The position numbers and the translations under genes were made by a program. Shown here piece by piece: positions 1-9,729 of a DNA stretch of 64,000 nucleotides. The stretch covers positions 512,001 through 576,000 of the forward strand of contig CAWFQB010000001.1 in the NCBI GenBank assembly GCA_963817895.1, read 5' to 3'. The first letter of the stretch is position 1. Every line of letters starts with the position of its first letter. Under the pieces are notes generated by a model, which was not told the DNA's origin, ran no database searches, and worked only from the letters and a program-made list of their open reading frames with translations. The stretch is from an uncultured Chthonomonadaceae bacterium (GTDB taxonomy: Bacteria > Armatimonadota > Chthonomonadetes > Chthonomonadales > Chthonomonadaceae).

Positions 1-1
1 T

Positions 2-298
2 AAAGAAGCCGACGCCTGCGTCAAGCCGGGAGAGTTGGGGGCGCTGCTTCGCCGCGAAGGGCTGTACTCCTCCACGCTTGCCAACTTCCGCAAACTGCGC
101 GAGGCGGGTCAGTTGGGCGAGAAGAACTCTGCCCAGGCGCAGAAGCAGCGCAAAGACAAAGAAGCCGCCCGCCAACGCGATGCCCGCAGGATGGCCGCTC
201 TGGAAACCGAGAACCAGAAACTGCGCGTTCTGCTGGAACTCCAAAAAAAAGTAGCGGCCTTGCTCGACCTGACACTGGAAGAAACGCCGCCCGAATAA
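2..298 (+). CDS. IS3 transposase OrfA (5'-partial)
   Basis: GALLRREGLYSS HTH-type motif followed by a coiled coil ending LELQKKV. Confidence 0.85.
   Translation, partial: KEADACVKPGELGALLRREGLYSSTLANFRKLREAGQLGEKNSAQAQKQRKDKEAARQRDARRMAALETENQKLRVLLELQKKVAALLDLTLEETPPE
243..251 (+). promoter_or_regulatory. Programmed -1 frameshift site (AAAAAAAAG) joining OrfA and OrfB
   Basis: A8G run at the end of orfA; the -1 frame is open from here into orfB. Confidence 0.75.
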
Positions 299-351
299 GC
301 CTGGTTGCCGAAGCGGGCGCAACGACCGGGATTGGCCGCGCCTGTGATGCG

Positions 352-1326
352 GTGCAACTGAGCCGCGCCCGCTTCTACCGGGAGCAACACGCTGGTACGG
401 GCACAATCCAAGAAGGCGTCCTTGTTCCCAAAGCACAACGGGGTTCTCCTCGCCGCTTGTCGGAAGAGGAACGCGCCCTGTTGCTCAATCTACTCTTGTC
501 GGAACGCTTTGTAGACGCTTCGCCCCGGCAGGTGTATGCGCAATTGCTGCAAGAAGGCGTGTATCACGCTTCCTATCGCACGATGTATCGCCTGCTGCAC
601 GAACACCAAGCCATCTGTGAGCGTCGGCGGGTTCGCAGGCATCCGGCGTATAGCAAACCTGAACTTAAGGCAACCGGCCCTAATCAGGTGTGGACATGGG
701 ACATCACCTACTTGAAGACGCCCATTCGGGGTCGCTTCTATTACTTATATGTGGTTATGGACATCTACAGTCGTTATGTGGTCGGCTGGATGCTCGCAGA
801 CCGGGAGTGTCAATACCTGGCGCACAAGCTGCTGCAAGAAACCTGTCGTAAATACAACATCGCGCCTAACCAACTCACCCTCCATGCGGATCGCGGCGGG
901 CCGATGAAAAGCCAGTCGGTAGCGCAGCTCTTACTTTCGTTGCAGGTGACCCGTTCGCACAGCCGCCCGCGTGTCAGCAACGACAACCCGTACTCGGAAG
1001 CCGGGTTCAAAACGATGAAGTACAGCGCCTACTTCCCGGAGCGCTTTAGCAGCCAGGAAGACGCGCAGACGTTCTGCCAGGACTACTTTGTCGGGTACAA
1101 TACGTGCCACCACCATACCGGCTTGGTGTTGCTTACGCCCGAACAGGTGCATTTCGGCGAAGCAACGCAGGTATTGGCGCAGCGGCAAGTCACGTTAGAT
1201 AACGCCTATGCCGCGCATCCGCAACGCTTTCGAGAGCGTCCGCAGGCGGGGCAGTTACCCGACGTTGTCTGGATCAATGCGCCTGCGTTGCCCGTTGGCG
1301 AAGGCACAGCACCGGTTGCCGGTTGA
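352..1326 (+). CDS. IS3 transposase OrfB, rve integrase core (frame open from about 244)
   Basis: PNQVWTWDITY, LHADRG and SRPRVSNDNPYSEA give the D-D-E triad. Confidence 0.92.
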   Translation: MQLSRARFYREQHAGTGTIQEGVLVPKAQRGSPRRLSEEERALLLNLLLSERFVDASPRQVYAQLLQEGVYHASYRTMYRLLHEHQAICERRRVRRHPAYSKPELKATGPNQVWTWDITYLKTPIRGRFYYLYVVMDIYSRYVVGWMLADRECQYLAHKLLQETCRKYNIAPNQLTLHADRGGPMKSQSVAQLLLSLQVTRSHSRPRVSNDNPYSEAGFKTMKYSAYFPERFSSQEDAQTFCQDYFVGYNTCHHHTGLVLLTPEQVHFGEATQVLAQRQVTLDNAYAAHPQRFRERPQAGQLPDVVWINAPALPVGEGTAPVAG

Positions 1327-1396
1327 GTGGCGAGGAATGACTGCTCGCTACATAAAATACTTTCGCTTTTTGTCTCAAAATCCTTGACACATTCCG

Positions 1397-1629
1397 AGCG
1401 CCTGAACAAGCGTTGTGTTGTTGCTTTGCACCGCCAGCGCCAGCGCGCTCAAACTTTGTGTACGGTTCACACTTGCGTCAGGCGCGACATCCGTGTGCTG
1501 ACGCGTGGCAATGAACACCTGATGTCGTTGCGCTTGCCGCCACTCCTGCCAGATCAGGCTTACAGGAAGGGCGAGAGCGATCAAGAAAACAATCAAGGCG
1601 GGCAGGGAAATGCGGCGTTTGCGTATCAT
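1397..1629 (-). pseudogene. 5' fragment of a membrane-anchored, probably ankyrin-repeat protein cut by the IS
   Basis: N-terminal TM helix, then ALALAVQSNNTTLVQAL (ankyrin-like) reading straight into IS-derived GMCQGF*. Confidence 0.55.
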
Positions 1630-1715
1630 AGGCGAGTCGTTTCCTGATTTGAGAGAACAGAGCGAAGCATGGTATAATCAAAACAACTGTGCAGAGTATG
1701 GCAGGAGAACCCATC

Positions 1716-1943
1716 ATGCAAACGGATATGCAGACACAAACCGTTCCTTTTGTCGGATTGACGCCGGAAGAGCGCGCCGAACTTATCAGGGATATTAATA
1801 GCCTTTTTGTTCATCCTGAACAGTGGCTGGATACGCCCCACCACTTACTCAGCAATCACAAACCGCTTGAGTTTTTGGAACCGGGTCGGGAAGCGCCCCT
1901 GTATAACCTGATTGGTATGATTAAGTACGGACTATTTGCATGA
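1716..1943 (+). CDS. Xre/MbcA/ParS-type antitoxin (toxin-binding domain)
   Basis: WLDTPHHLLSNHKPLEFL...MIKYGLFA motif; AGGAG RBS; ATGA overlap with the RES gene. Confidence 0.8.
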   Translation: MQTDMQTQTVPFVGLTPEERAELIRDINSLFVHPEQWLDTPHHLLSNHKPLEFLEPGREAPLYNLIGMIKYGLFA

Positions 1944-2533
1944 ATCTGTCTTCTGTTCCCACGCTGCCAACCGTGCCGCGAACCGGAACGTGGTATCGCG
2001 CTACGCCGCCACAGTTTTACCCGGCTTCCATTTCTCAACTCAGCTACACGCCCCGAATCGCAAGCCGGTTTTCTGCCGGGCTATATTCGCAGCAACCGTA
2101 CGAAACGCTATATCTGGCGCAAACGCCGGAAATGGCTCTGCTGGAAACCGAAAATGTATACGGCAGAATCGGCAATACCGTCGCCAATCTACGCGCCGTA
2201 ACGCTGTACGCTGTAGAAGCTCAAACTTTTCGGCTGGTCAACTTGACCGATCCCGGCATTCAGGCGATGCTGCAAACTTCCACGCAGGAACTTACCGGCA
2301 ACTGGACAATTTACGGCGCGAATATGCCAACTTCTCCGTTTCCCGTTTTCCTGCCGACTGCGCCAACTCAGCAGTTGGGCGCGGCGCTATTTGCCGAAGG
2401 CTTTGAAGGGCTGATTGCGCCATCCGCCAAAGACCCTCGCTTTCCTTCCCTGATGCTGTTTCCTCAAAATTTGCAATTCAACAGCATTGTTACGCATACC
2501 GACCCGGCTACCGGGCAGATATACCGCGTTTAG
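1940..2533 (+). CDS. RES-domain toxin (NAD+ phosphorylase family)
   Basis: WYR, LYLAQTPEMALLE and GLIAPSA supply the R-E-S residues; coupled to the antitoxin. Confidence 0.85.
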   Translation: MNLSSVPTLPTVPRTGTWYRATPPQFYPASISQLSYTPRIASRFSAGLYSQQPYETLYLAQTPEMALLETENVYGRIGNTVANLRAVTLYAVEAQTFRLVNLTDPGIQAMLQTSTQELTGNWTIYGANMPTSPFPVFLPTAPTQQLGAALFAEGFEGLIAPSAKDPRFPSLMLFPQNLQFNSIVTHTDPATGQIYRV

Positions 2534-2800
2534 CTTGCTCCCTGCGCGGCTTTTGGCTCCCATCAGCGGGGACTGCTCAGAGTTGCCATCGTTTTGCCTA
2601 CTACTTTCCTTTTCCTTAAACACTCCCACAGTACAGGCCGGAACTGGAATGGTCTTAACAGTTACCGCTATTTGTCGGTCGAAAACCATACCGCCGGAAT
2701 TCCAGGTAACGTTCTGGACGCGCTGGTCGCGCGGCATGTTGCCGGATGTGTCTTCAGCGGGTTCGGCGTGGGCGTCCCGTGAGGTAAGACAGGAGCGAGA

Positions 2801-3271
2801 TCAGCCATCGGCCTTCAACCATTCCACGGTTCGCAGAAGCTGCGCGGCGTCCTCCACTTTCAGGGTCACGCCCTCCAGATCGGCCAGATCGCCGCGCTCT
2901 ACCAGATCAAGCAGACCTGTGGGCGTGTCCACGCCGAATTCCAGTTCCAGCAGGCGAACCAGACGCGGCGACAGGCCGGGAACGCGCAGCATCTCCTGAA
3001 TCGGCGGCGGCACTTCCGTTTGCAGCCGCTCGTACAGGTCACACGTTCCGGTTTTCAGTATCTCGCTGATTTTGCCCGCAATCGCGTCGCCCACACCCGG
3101 CAGGGTTTGCAGTTCGTTCCGATCCGCTACCTCCTGCAAGGGCGTGGTCAGCGCGGTCAGCGTCAGGGCGGCGCGATAGTACGAGCGCACCTTGAACATA
3201 TTCTCGTCCCGAAATGCCATCAGTTCGGCTACGCGCAGAAACACGGCTGCGACTTCGGAGTTGGTGGGCAT
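2801..3271 (-). CDS. Stand-alone DNA polymerase X N-terminal (8-kDa/HhH) domain protein
   Basis: NSEVAAVF...ENMFKVRSY, LPGVGDAIAGKISEILKTG and a second HhH (VPGLSP); no palm or PHP domain. Confidence 0.8.
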   Translation of the reverse strand: MPTNSEVAAVFLRVAELMAFRDENMFKVRSYYRAALTLTALTTPLQEVADRNELQTLPGVGDAIAGKISEILKTGTCDLYERLQTEVPPPIQEMLRVPGLSPRLVRLLELEFGVDTPTGLLDLVERGDLADLEGVTLKVEDAAQLLRTVEWLKADG

Positions 3272-3283
3272 GGTTGGCTCCGG

Positions 3284-3404
3284 TGATTGGTGGTTGGTGA
3301 TTGGTGGTTGGTTTGTCGAATTGAAGGCTCTGTACGTTTATTGACATACTCACATAGATGAAGAGCGCTTCTTAACCAACCACCAACCACCAATCACCAA
3401 CCAC
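3284..3404. repeat. Inverted pair of heptamer tandem arrays (TTGGTGG/CCAACCA type)
   Basis: GTGATTGGTGGTTGGTGATTGGTGGTTGG near 3284-3312 is complementary to the ACCAACC/ACCAATC array near 3374-3404. Confidence 0.7.
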
Positions 3405-4460
3405 CTAACGTGCTACAAACAAAAACGCCAGCGCGATAATGATGTAAACGGCCAATAGCTGCGCGCCCTCCAGCCAGTGGCTTTTGCCGTCCAGCGAAAT
3501 CAGGACGCCGATGAGAACGGCTGCGGATACGGCGATCAGCTCGAAGTTGCTGAACAGGATGCTCATCGGATGCCCCAGCAGCAGGCTGACGAAAATCAGC
3601 AGGGGCGCGACAAACATGGCGATCTGCGTACTCGACGACACGGCGATATTGAGGCTGATGTCCATTTTATTGCGCATCGCCATCATGACTGCCGTGCTGT
3701 GTTCCGCCGCGTTGCCGATGATGGGAACGACAATAATGCCGACAAACAGCTTGCTCAGGCCCCATTGATGCACGACGGGTTCGATGCCGCCGACAAGCAG
3801 TTCGCTTTCCACCGCGATAATCAGGGTGGCGGCCAGCAGAACCAGCATCGCCTTCCCCTGCGACCATTTGGCAGGCTCCAATTCGTGTTCTCCGCCCGCC
3901 TGAAACAGTTGCTCGTGGGTGCGCAGGGCAAACAGCAGGCTGCCAATGTAAATCAGAATATCCACGACGGCAACGCCGACGCTGAGTTTTTGAATATCGG
4001 GATTGCTGGTATGTTCGTTGATGCCCGGCACGCTGCGGGCAAACAGCGCGGGTACAAGCAGGGCGACGGCGGCAAGGGCGAGCATGGTGGCATGGGCCTG
4101 CGCCACATCCACATTGAAGGTTTGTATCTTGTGCTTCACGCCGCCAAGCAGGATAGACAGCCCCAACACCAGCAGGATATTACCGATGATGCTGCCGATA
4201 AGGGACGCTTTGACAATCGCGATTTCGCCCCGTTGCAGGGCCACGATGCAGATGATGAGTTCGGTCGCGTTGCCGAAAGTGGCGTTGAGCAGGCCGCCGA
4301 TAGCGGGGCCGCGCGCTTTCGCCAGTTCTTCCGTGGCTTCGCTCAATACGCCCGCGAGAGGCACAATCGCCAGACTGGAAGCGGCGAACAGCCACACGCC
4401 CGGAACTTTGAGCCAGGCCATGACAAAACTGATGGGAACAAACAGCAGCAGCCAGCGCAT
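3405..4460 (-). CDS. cax: Calcium/proton exchanger (CaCA family)
   Basis: GLLNATFGNATE and IIGNAAEH alpha-repeat motifs; about 10-11 TM helices. Confidence 0.92.
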   Translation of the reverse strand: MRWLLLFVPISFVMAWLKVPGVWLFAASSLAIVPLAGVLSEATEELAKARGPAIGGLLNATFGNATELIICIVALQRGEIAIVKASLIGSIIGNILLVLGLSILLGGVKHKIQTFNVDVAQAHATMLALAAVALLVPALFARSVPGINEHTSNPDIQKLSVGVAVVDILIYIGSLLFALRTHEQLFQAGGEHELEPAKWSQGKAMLVLLAATLIIAVESELLVGGIEPVVHQWGLSKLFVGIIVVPIIGNAAEHSTAVMMAMRNKMDISLNIAVSSSTQIAMFVAPLLIFVSLLLGHPMSILFSNFELIAVSAAVLIGVLISLDGKSHWLEGAQLLAVYIIIALAFLFVAR

Positions 4461-4724
4461 CAAGAGCGTTTTTCTCCTTGCGCAGCGTATCTTCGTGTCA
4501 TCGGGAACCCTCTTTCATCCAGAATAGTTCAGAATTGTTGTTCAAGAAGACGGCAGGCGCATCAGGATACGCCGTCAACATGTTTTATACGCGGTTTCGG
4601 CATAATAGACTGCGTTCCCTGCCCCGCGCCCATCAACGACAGGCAATCACTGTTACATAACTCACAGTTATTTTAGCGTAAATCGCATATAATGGTAGGC
4701 AAGCCCCGTCCGAGGAGTACGCCG

Positions 4725-7700
4725 ATGCAGACCATAACCCCGCCTTTCTTTATCGCCGGAGGAACGGTTCCCGCCGATGCCCCCTGCTACGTCACCCGTC
4801 AGGCGGACAACGACCTCTTTCACGCGCTCCACAACGCCGAATTTTGTTTCGTTCTGGACACGCGGCAGGTGGGGAAGTCGTCCCTGATGGCGCGTACCGC
4901 CGAGCGTCTGCGCGAAAAAGAGGTTCGCGTCGCGCTGCTCGACCTCACGGCGCTGGGCAAAGAGAGCAATCCCGAAAACTGGCACTACGGGCTGCTGGAA
5001 CTGATCGGGCAGGAGTTGCGCTGCCTGAAACCGTTGCGCGCCTTTTGGGAGGCGAACGGCGGGCTGCCGCTCACACAGCGATTCATGCAGGCCATTGAGC
5101 AAATCGCGCTGGAAAAAGAGCCAACGTCGCTTGTCCTCGCCATTGACGAAATAGACTTCGTTCGCAGCCTGCCGTTCGATACGGATGATTTCTTCGCCGG
5201 TATCCGCGAGTGCCACAATCGCCGCGCGCACCAACCCGCGTTGAAACGCCTCACCTTCTGTCTGATCGGTTCCGCAACCCCCAACGACCTGATTCAAAAC
5301 GTCCATATCACGCCGTTCAACGTCGGCAGGCGCGTGACGATTACCGATTTCACCGAACAGGAAGCCCGTCCCCTTGCGGATGGCCTGACCGCAGCGGGCA
5401 AGGACGGCAAAACCCTCCTAGCGCAGATTTTGTACTGGACAAACGGGCATCCCTATCTCACGCAGCGGCTGTGCGCAGAAGCGGCGTCCGCCCCGGAAAT
5501 CAGTGGGGCCGGGGACATTGACCGGCTTGCGAAACGGCTGTTTCTGTCGCGGCGGGCGTCTGCCACCGAAGATGTCAATCTGGCGTTCACGCGCGACCGC
5601 CTGCTGAAAAGCGACTTAAACAAAGACAGGCTGTTCGGGTTGTATCAGGCCGTTCACGACGAAAAACGCGCCATTGCCGACGATCCGCGCGACCCGTACT
5701 GCAACGCCCTGCGCCTGTCGGGGATCGTGGCAGAGCGCGAAGGGTACTTATTTGTCCGCAACCGCATCTATCGCGAGTTGTTCACGCGGGCATGGGCGCA
5801 GGAGCAGATGCCGGGTATCGAGGCCGCGCAGCATCGCCGGGAGGTTCGCCGCGCCCGCCTACAGGTTGCGGGTATCGCCGGGTGCATCATCGCCGGAATG
5901 GGTGGGCTTGCCTACAACGCCAATCAACAATACCAACGCGCCAACACCAATGCCCATAAACTCCAACTCGCCCTGACCGACGCCGAAAATTCCCGCAACA
6001 GCGCGAACAAAAGCGCACAGAAAGCAAGGGACGAAGCGGAAGAATCTGCCCGACAGAAAAGTCGTGCCGAAAATCAGAAATCAAAGGCTGACAAACAGAA
6101 AGCGGAAGCCGACAGACAAAGAAAACTGGCAGAGCGCCGAAAAAACGAAGCGGACAAGTCAAGGCAAAAGCTTGTAGAAACCGTTGACATTCTTGGACGT
6201 GAGGAGAAAAAGGCCACAAACAGCGCGGTTAAAGCCAAACAAAGCGCGGTTGCTGCCCGACAGGAGGCCGACCGCGCCGAACGGTTCCGCTATATCGCCA
6301 ACATGAACCTGATACAACGCGAGTACGAAGCCAACAACATTGCCAACACGCTGACGCTTCTGGAAGAAACCCGGAATTCTCCCTGTCGCGGTTTCGAGTG
6401 GGGCTACTGGAATCGTCTCTGTCATCTTGACGTCAGTACGCGCAAAATAGGTTCAGGCTGTTTTTCTCCTGACGGCAAGCAGATTGTGGGTATCAGCGGC
6501 AATACCGCAAAGGTGTGGGATGTTCCTACCGGAAAAGAAGTGCTCACTCTTAAAGGACACACAAAACTGGTTAAGGCTACTGCCTTCTCCTCAGATGGTA
6601 AACGTATTGTTACGGGAAGCGACGACAATACGACCAAAGTATGGGATACGCAAACGGGAAAAGAATTACTGACTTTCAAAGGCAGTAACGGAGGAATTAA
6701 ATCTGTTGCTATCTCCCCTGATGGGAAACGCATTATTGCCGTCAATGATGATTCTACAGCAAAGGAATGGGATGTACAAACTGGAAGAGAATTACTAAAC
6801 CTTACAACAGGCTCACATATTGCTTTCTCCCCCGATAGCAAACGGCTTGTGGCGGGGTATGGTGTTACTGTCAAACTATGGGACGCCACTACTGGTAAGG
6901 AAACGCTCACCTTCGAGGGGCATACTGTTAAAAGGCGTTTACTTAATAAGACCCCTCATTTGACCGAATATGTGGAGTCAGGTTTCATTACGTCAGTTGC
7001 TTTCTCTCCTGATGGCAAGTGGTTCATCACTGGCAGTACTGACACAGCAAAGGTATGGGATGCGCAAACGGGAAAAGAAACCCTCATATTAAAAGGGCAT
7101 ATTGGGGGTATCTCATCAATCGCCTTTTCCCCTGACAGCAGGCAGATTGTCACAGGAGGGTATGACAAGACGGTGAAGGTGTGGGACGCTACTACTGGCG
7201 CAGAGATAGTGACTCTCACGGGACATACTGAACCGGTTGAAGCCATTGCCTTTTCGCCAGACGGTAAAAAGGTTATCACGGATGATACCCATGGTGTTGT
7301 CAAGATGTGGAATACCGATACCTGCGAAGCCCTCACTTTCAAGAAGCATACTGGTTATATCCGGTCTGTGGCTTTCTCTCCTGATGGGAAAAGAGTCGTT
7401 ACCGGGAGTGAAGACGAGACGGCGCGGGTATGGAATGCCCGAACCGGAAAAGAATATTTCACTCTGAACGAGCAGCCACAATTGAAGGTGTCATCGTGTA
7501 CACCACCGAGGCACGGGTGCGTACCTAATGAGTACCTTCTTGTCGTTTACTCGCCTGACGGCAAGCGGATCGTCACCGGAAGTTCGGGAAATATAACCAA
7601 AGTGTGGGACGCGCAAACTGGCAAGGAGTTGCTGACGCTCAAAGCGCAGTCAGTCCTATCCGTCGTCTTCTCTCCTGATAGCAAGCGGATCGTCACCGGA

Positions 7701-8243
7701 AATTGGGATAAGACAGCAAGAGTATGGGATGCTCAAACCGGCAAAGAGATGCTCATTCTGAAAGGGCATACGTCCACTGTTCACTCGGTCGCTTTTTCCC
7801 CTGATGGCAAGCGGATCGTGACAGGGAGTGGTGACAAGACAACAAAGGTGTGGGACGCCCAAACAGGAAAAGAAATACTTGCCTTGAAGGGACATACAAG
7901 TTCCGTCATGTCTGTCGCCTTTTCTCCTGATGGCAGTCAGATTGCGACAGCAAGCGATGATAACACCGTTAAAATATGGAATGCCACTACCGGAAAGGAG
8001 ATTCGTACTCTCAAAGGCCATACGAGCGGTATTATGTCCGTTGCTTTTTCTCCCGATGGCAGGCGCATTGTGACAGGGAGTGAGGACTCTACGGCAAGAA
8101 TTTGGGATACGGCAACGGGTAGAGAACTTCTTGTTTTGAATGGGCATACTGACGTAGTTAGAGCAGTTGCTTTCTCTCCTGACGGCAAGCGGATTGTGAC
8201 GGGAAGCGATGACAATACAGCAAAAGTGTGGAGTGGAGAGTAG
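4725..8243 (+). CDS. AAA_35 (STAND-like) NTPase + TM/coiled coil + WD40 repeats
   Basis: YVTRQAD, RQVGKSSL (Walker A), LAIDEID (Walker B), PFNVG, WTNGHPYLTQ; more than 12 GH..V.SVAFSPDG..WD repeats. Confidence 0.9.
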   Translation: MQTITPPFFIAGGTVPADAPCYVTRQADNDLFHALHNAEFCFVLDTRQVGKSSLMARTAERLREKEVRVALLDLTALGKESNPENWHYGLLELIGQELRCLKPLRAFWEANGGLPLTQRFMQAIEQIALEKEPTSLVLAIDEIDFVRSLPFDTDDFFAGIRECHNRRAHQPALKRLTFCLIGSATPNDLIQNVHITPFNVGRRVTITDFTEQEARPLADGLTAAGKDGKTLLAQILYWTNGHPYLTQRLCAEAASAPEISGAGDIDRLAKRLFLSRRASATEDVNLAFTRDRLLKSDLNKDRLFGLYQAVHDEKRAIADDPRDPYCNALRLSGIVAEREGYLFVRNRIYRELFTRAWAQEQMPGIEAAQHRREVRRARLQVAGIAGCIIAGMGGLAYNANQQYQRANTNAHKLQLALTDAENSRNSANKSAQKARDEAEESARQKSRAENQKSKADKQKAEADRQRKLAERRKNEADKSRQKLVETVDILGREEKKATNSAVKAKQSAVAARQEADRAERFRYIANMNLIQREYEANNIANTLTLLEETRNSPCRGFEWGYWNRLCHLDVSTRKIGSGCFSPDGKQIVGISGNTAKVWDVPTGKEVLTLKGHTKLVKATAFSSDGKRIVTGSDDNTTKVWDTQTGKELLTFKGSNGGIKSVAISPDGKRIIAVNDDSTAKEWDVQTGRELLNLTTGSHIAFSPDSKRLVAGYGVTVKLWDATTGKETLTFEGHTVKRRLLNKTPHLTEYVESGFITSVAFSPDGKWFITGSTDTAKVWDAQTGKETLILKGHIGGISSIAFSPDSRQIVTGGYDKTVKVWDATTGAEIVTLTGHTEPVEAIAFSPDGKKVITDDTHGVVKMWNTDTCEALTFKKHTGYIRSVAFSPDGKRVVTGSEDETARVWNARTGKEYFTLNEQPQLKVSSCTPPRHGCVPNEYLLVVYSPDGKRIVTGSSGNITKVWDAQTGKELLTLKAQSVLSVVFSPDSKRIVTGNWDKTARVWDAQTGKEMLILKGHTSTVHSVAFSPDGKRIVTGSGDKTTKVWDAQTGKEILALKGHTSSVMSVAFSPDGSQIATASDDNTVKIWNATTGKEIRTLKGHTSGIMSVAFSPDGRRIVTGSEDSTARIWDTATGRELLVLNGHTDVVRAVAFSPDGKRIVTGSDDNTAKVWSGE

Positions 8244-8330
8244 GCAGTTTGGCACAAGTAGGGAGAGCGCGAGGAGGTTGTTCGATGGATAACGCGTAGT
8301 ACACCGTCAAGGGTGAACATAGGGGTAAAT

Positions 8331-8407
8331 TGTAGGGGTTCTGCTTGCTGAACCCTCCTCAATGCAAGAACTTCCTCGATGCAAGGCGCAGCAAGCAGCG
8401 CCCCTAC
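8331..8407. repeat. GTAG-type REP pair between convergent genes
   Basis: TGTAGGGGTTCTGCTTGCTGAACCCT ... GGCGCAGCAAGCAGCGCCCCTAC; same family at 20773-20959. Confidence 0.75.
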
Positions 8408-8441
8408 TCTTGCCTTCTCCCTTGACGGACTACTTGCGTGG

Positions 8442-8738
8442 TTACATGGACTTCAATTTGCGTTTGAACTCTTTGTAGGCTTCCTCCCCATCCCGTTTCC
8501 CAATCACATAGACGGACACGATATCGGTCTCTTCTACATAGCCGTAGAGGATGCGGTACTCGCCAATGTCGGCGCGATAGTAGCCGGAAAACTCTTCGCT
8601 CTGTAAGGCTTCGGCATCGGCGGGAAATGCCTCCGCCGTAAGCGCAAGCAGTTTATTCGTGACCTGACGATGCCGCTTGACGTCGTTGAGGTTACTGATA
8701 AAATCTCTGGCGTCTTTGGAGAGGGACAGCAGAGGCAC
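8442..8738 (-). CDS. RelE/ParE-family toxin
   Basis: YYRADIGEYRILY...VYVIGKR; directly downstream of a Phd antitoxin. Confidence 0.85.
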   Translation of the reverse strand: MPLLSLSKDARDFISNLNDVKRHRQVTNKLLALTAEAFPADAEALQSEEFSGYYRADIGEYRILYGYVEETDIVSVYVIGKRDGEEAYKEFKRKLKSM

Positions 8739-8745
8739 GAGCCGT

Positions 8746-8991
8746 TTACTCCTTCTCCTGCGTTAAAAAAGCCATTGTCTCTTCCGGCGTAAGCATGCCG
8801 TTTTTTTTGGCTTCTGCCGCCATCTGGCCCCAATGTCTATCTTCCACACCCTGCAATCTTTCATATTCCGCCTGCGAGAGCAGAACAGCATACTTACGGC
8901 CATTCTTCTTGATAGAAACCGGTTCCTGTTGGGCGCGATCAACATATTCGCCAAAGCGCGTTTGTACTTCCGTAGCCGTTGCTGAAGTCAA
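8746..8991 (-). CDS. Phd/YefM-family antitoxin (TTG start)
   Basis: ATEVQTRFGEYVDRAQQEPVSIKKNGRKYAVLLSQAEYERL; AAAGGA RBS upstream of the TTG. Confidence 0.88.
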   Translation of the reverse strand: MTSATATEVQTRFGEYVDRAQQEPVSIKKNGRKYAVLLSQAEYERLQGVEDRHWGQMAAEAKKNGMLTPEETMAFLTQEKE

Positions 8992-9061
8992 TGTGGTATG
9001 TCCTTTCTTCACCAGCCTCTGTTTCCCGTGAAGGATTTTATCTATTATAGCCGGATTACCC

Positions 9062-9210
9062 AAAATCGTCAACTGCCGCGCCCTGATCAAACAGGCGCTC
9101 ACGGAACGCGCCGCGCTGATGCGAAGCCAGCCACTTCCCGGCGAGGAAATCGTCTGCCTGCTCGACGACGCGACGGACAACTATCTTTTACTGCGCACTG
9201 TATATAGAGT
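9062..9210 (+). pseudogene. XisI-like N-terminal fragment
   Basis: RALIKQALTERAALMRSQPLPGEEIVCLLDDATDNYLLL resembles XisI N-termini; no proper start, similarity lost after about 48 codons. Confidence 0.55.
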
Positions 9211-9298
9211 GAGATATGGACGCGCGGGAGCAGGAAAGAAGACTTTCAGCACAATGTTCCTTTACGCGCTGATAGTCGCCGCAAACGAAATTGATTGC

Positions 9299-9724
9299 CT
9301 AACTCGGAGGATGTACGCCGAAGCGATGCAGCGCGGCGCGAAGATTGACCAACCCCGGACGATTCAAGCGCAACCGCGCAATTGTTGCGCGTCCCGTCGC
9401 CGTGATGCCGATAACCTGTGTCGTATCATCGTTCCATGCAAAGTGCTGTGTCCATTGCTGCTGTCGCGGATGGAACAGGGGAACTTCTCTTTCTGTCACC
9501 GGGTCTATCCCGGTTTGAAACGCGCCTTTGAAACTGTTGCATCCCAAACATGACAGCGCCAGATTCGCCTCATCCGTAGAACCGCCTCTGGCTTCGGGAA
9601 TAATATGCTCTACGGCAAACGGGTCAGAGTGAAACTCGGTCAGACAGCGATAATACTCGCATTGTCCTCTGGAACGCTCCGTAACGAGACGTTCAAGCGC
9701 CACAGGAATGTACGTTTGAGACAT
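9299..9724 (-). CDS. HNH endonuclease
   Basis: CEYYRC...VEHIIPEARGG...NLALSCLGCNSFK; LFHPRQQQW tail. Confidence 0.88.
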   Translation of the reverse strand: MSQTYIPVALERLVTERSRGQCEYYRCLTEFHSDPFAVEHIIPEARGGSTDEANLALSCLGCNSFKGAFQTGIDPVTEREVPLFHPRQQQWTQHFAWNDDTTQVIGITATGRATIARLRLNRPGLVNLRAALHRFGVHPPS

Positions 9725-9729
9725 GGTGG

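Larger units (their letters stand above)
1..1396 (+). mobile_element. IS3-family insertion sequence (left end outside window)
   Basis: orfA/orfB in 0/-1 frames, A8G slippery site and DDE integrase core. The right end TGTCTCAAAATCCTTGACACATTCCG (1371-1396) abuts a truncated host gene. Confidence 0.88.

Noticed and set aside
3477..4676. Long antisense ORFs (also 9824-10762, 39195-40220, 41026-42204, 51121-52086)
   Set aside because: Shadow frames of well-supported genes in GC-rich DNA, with no motifs of their own.
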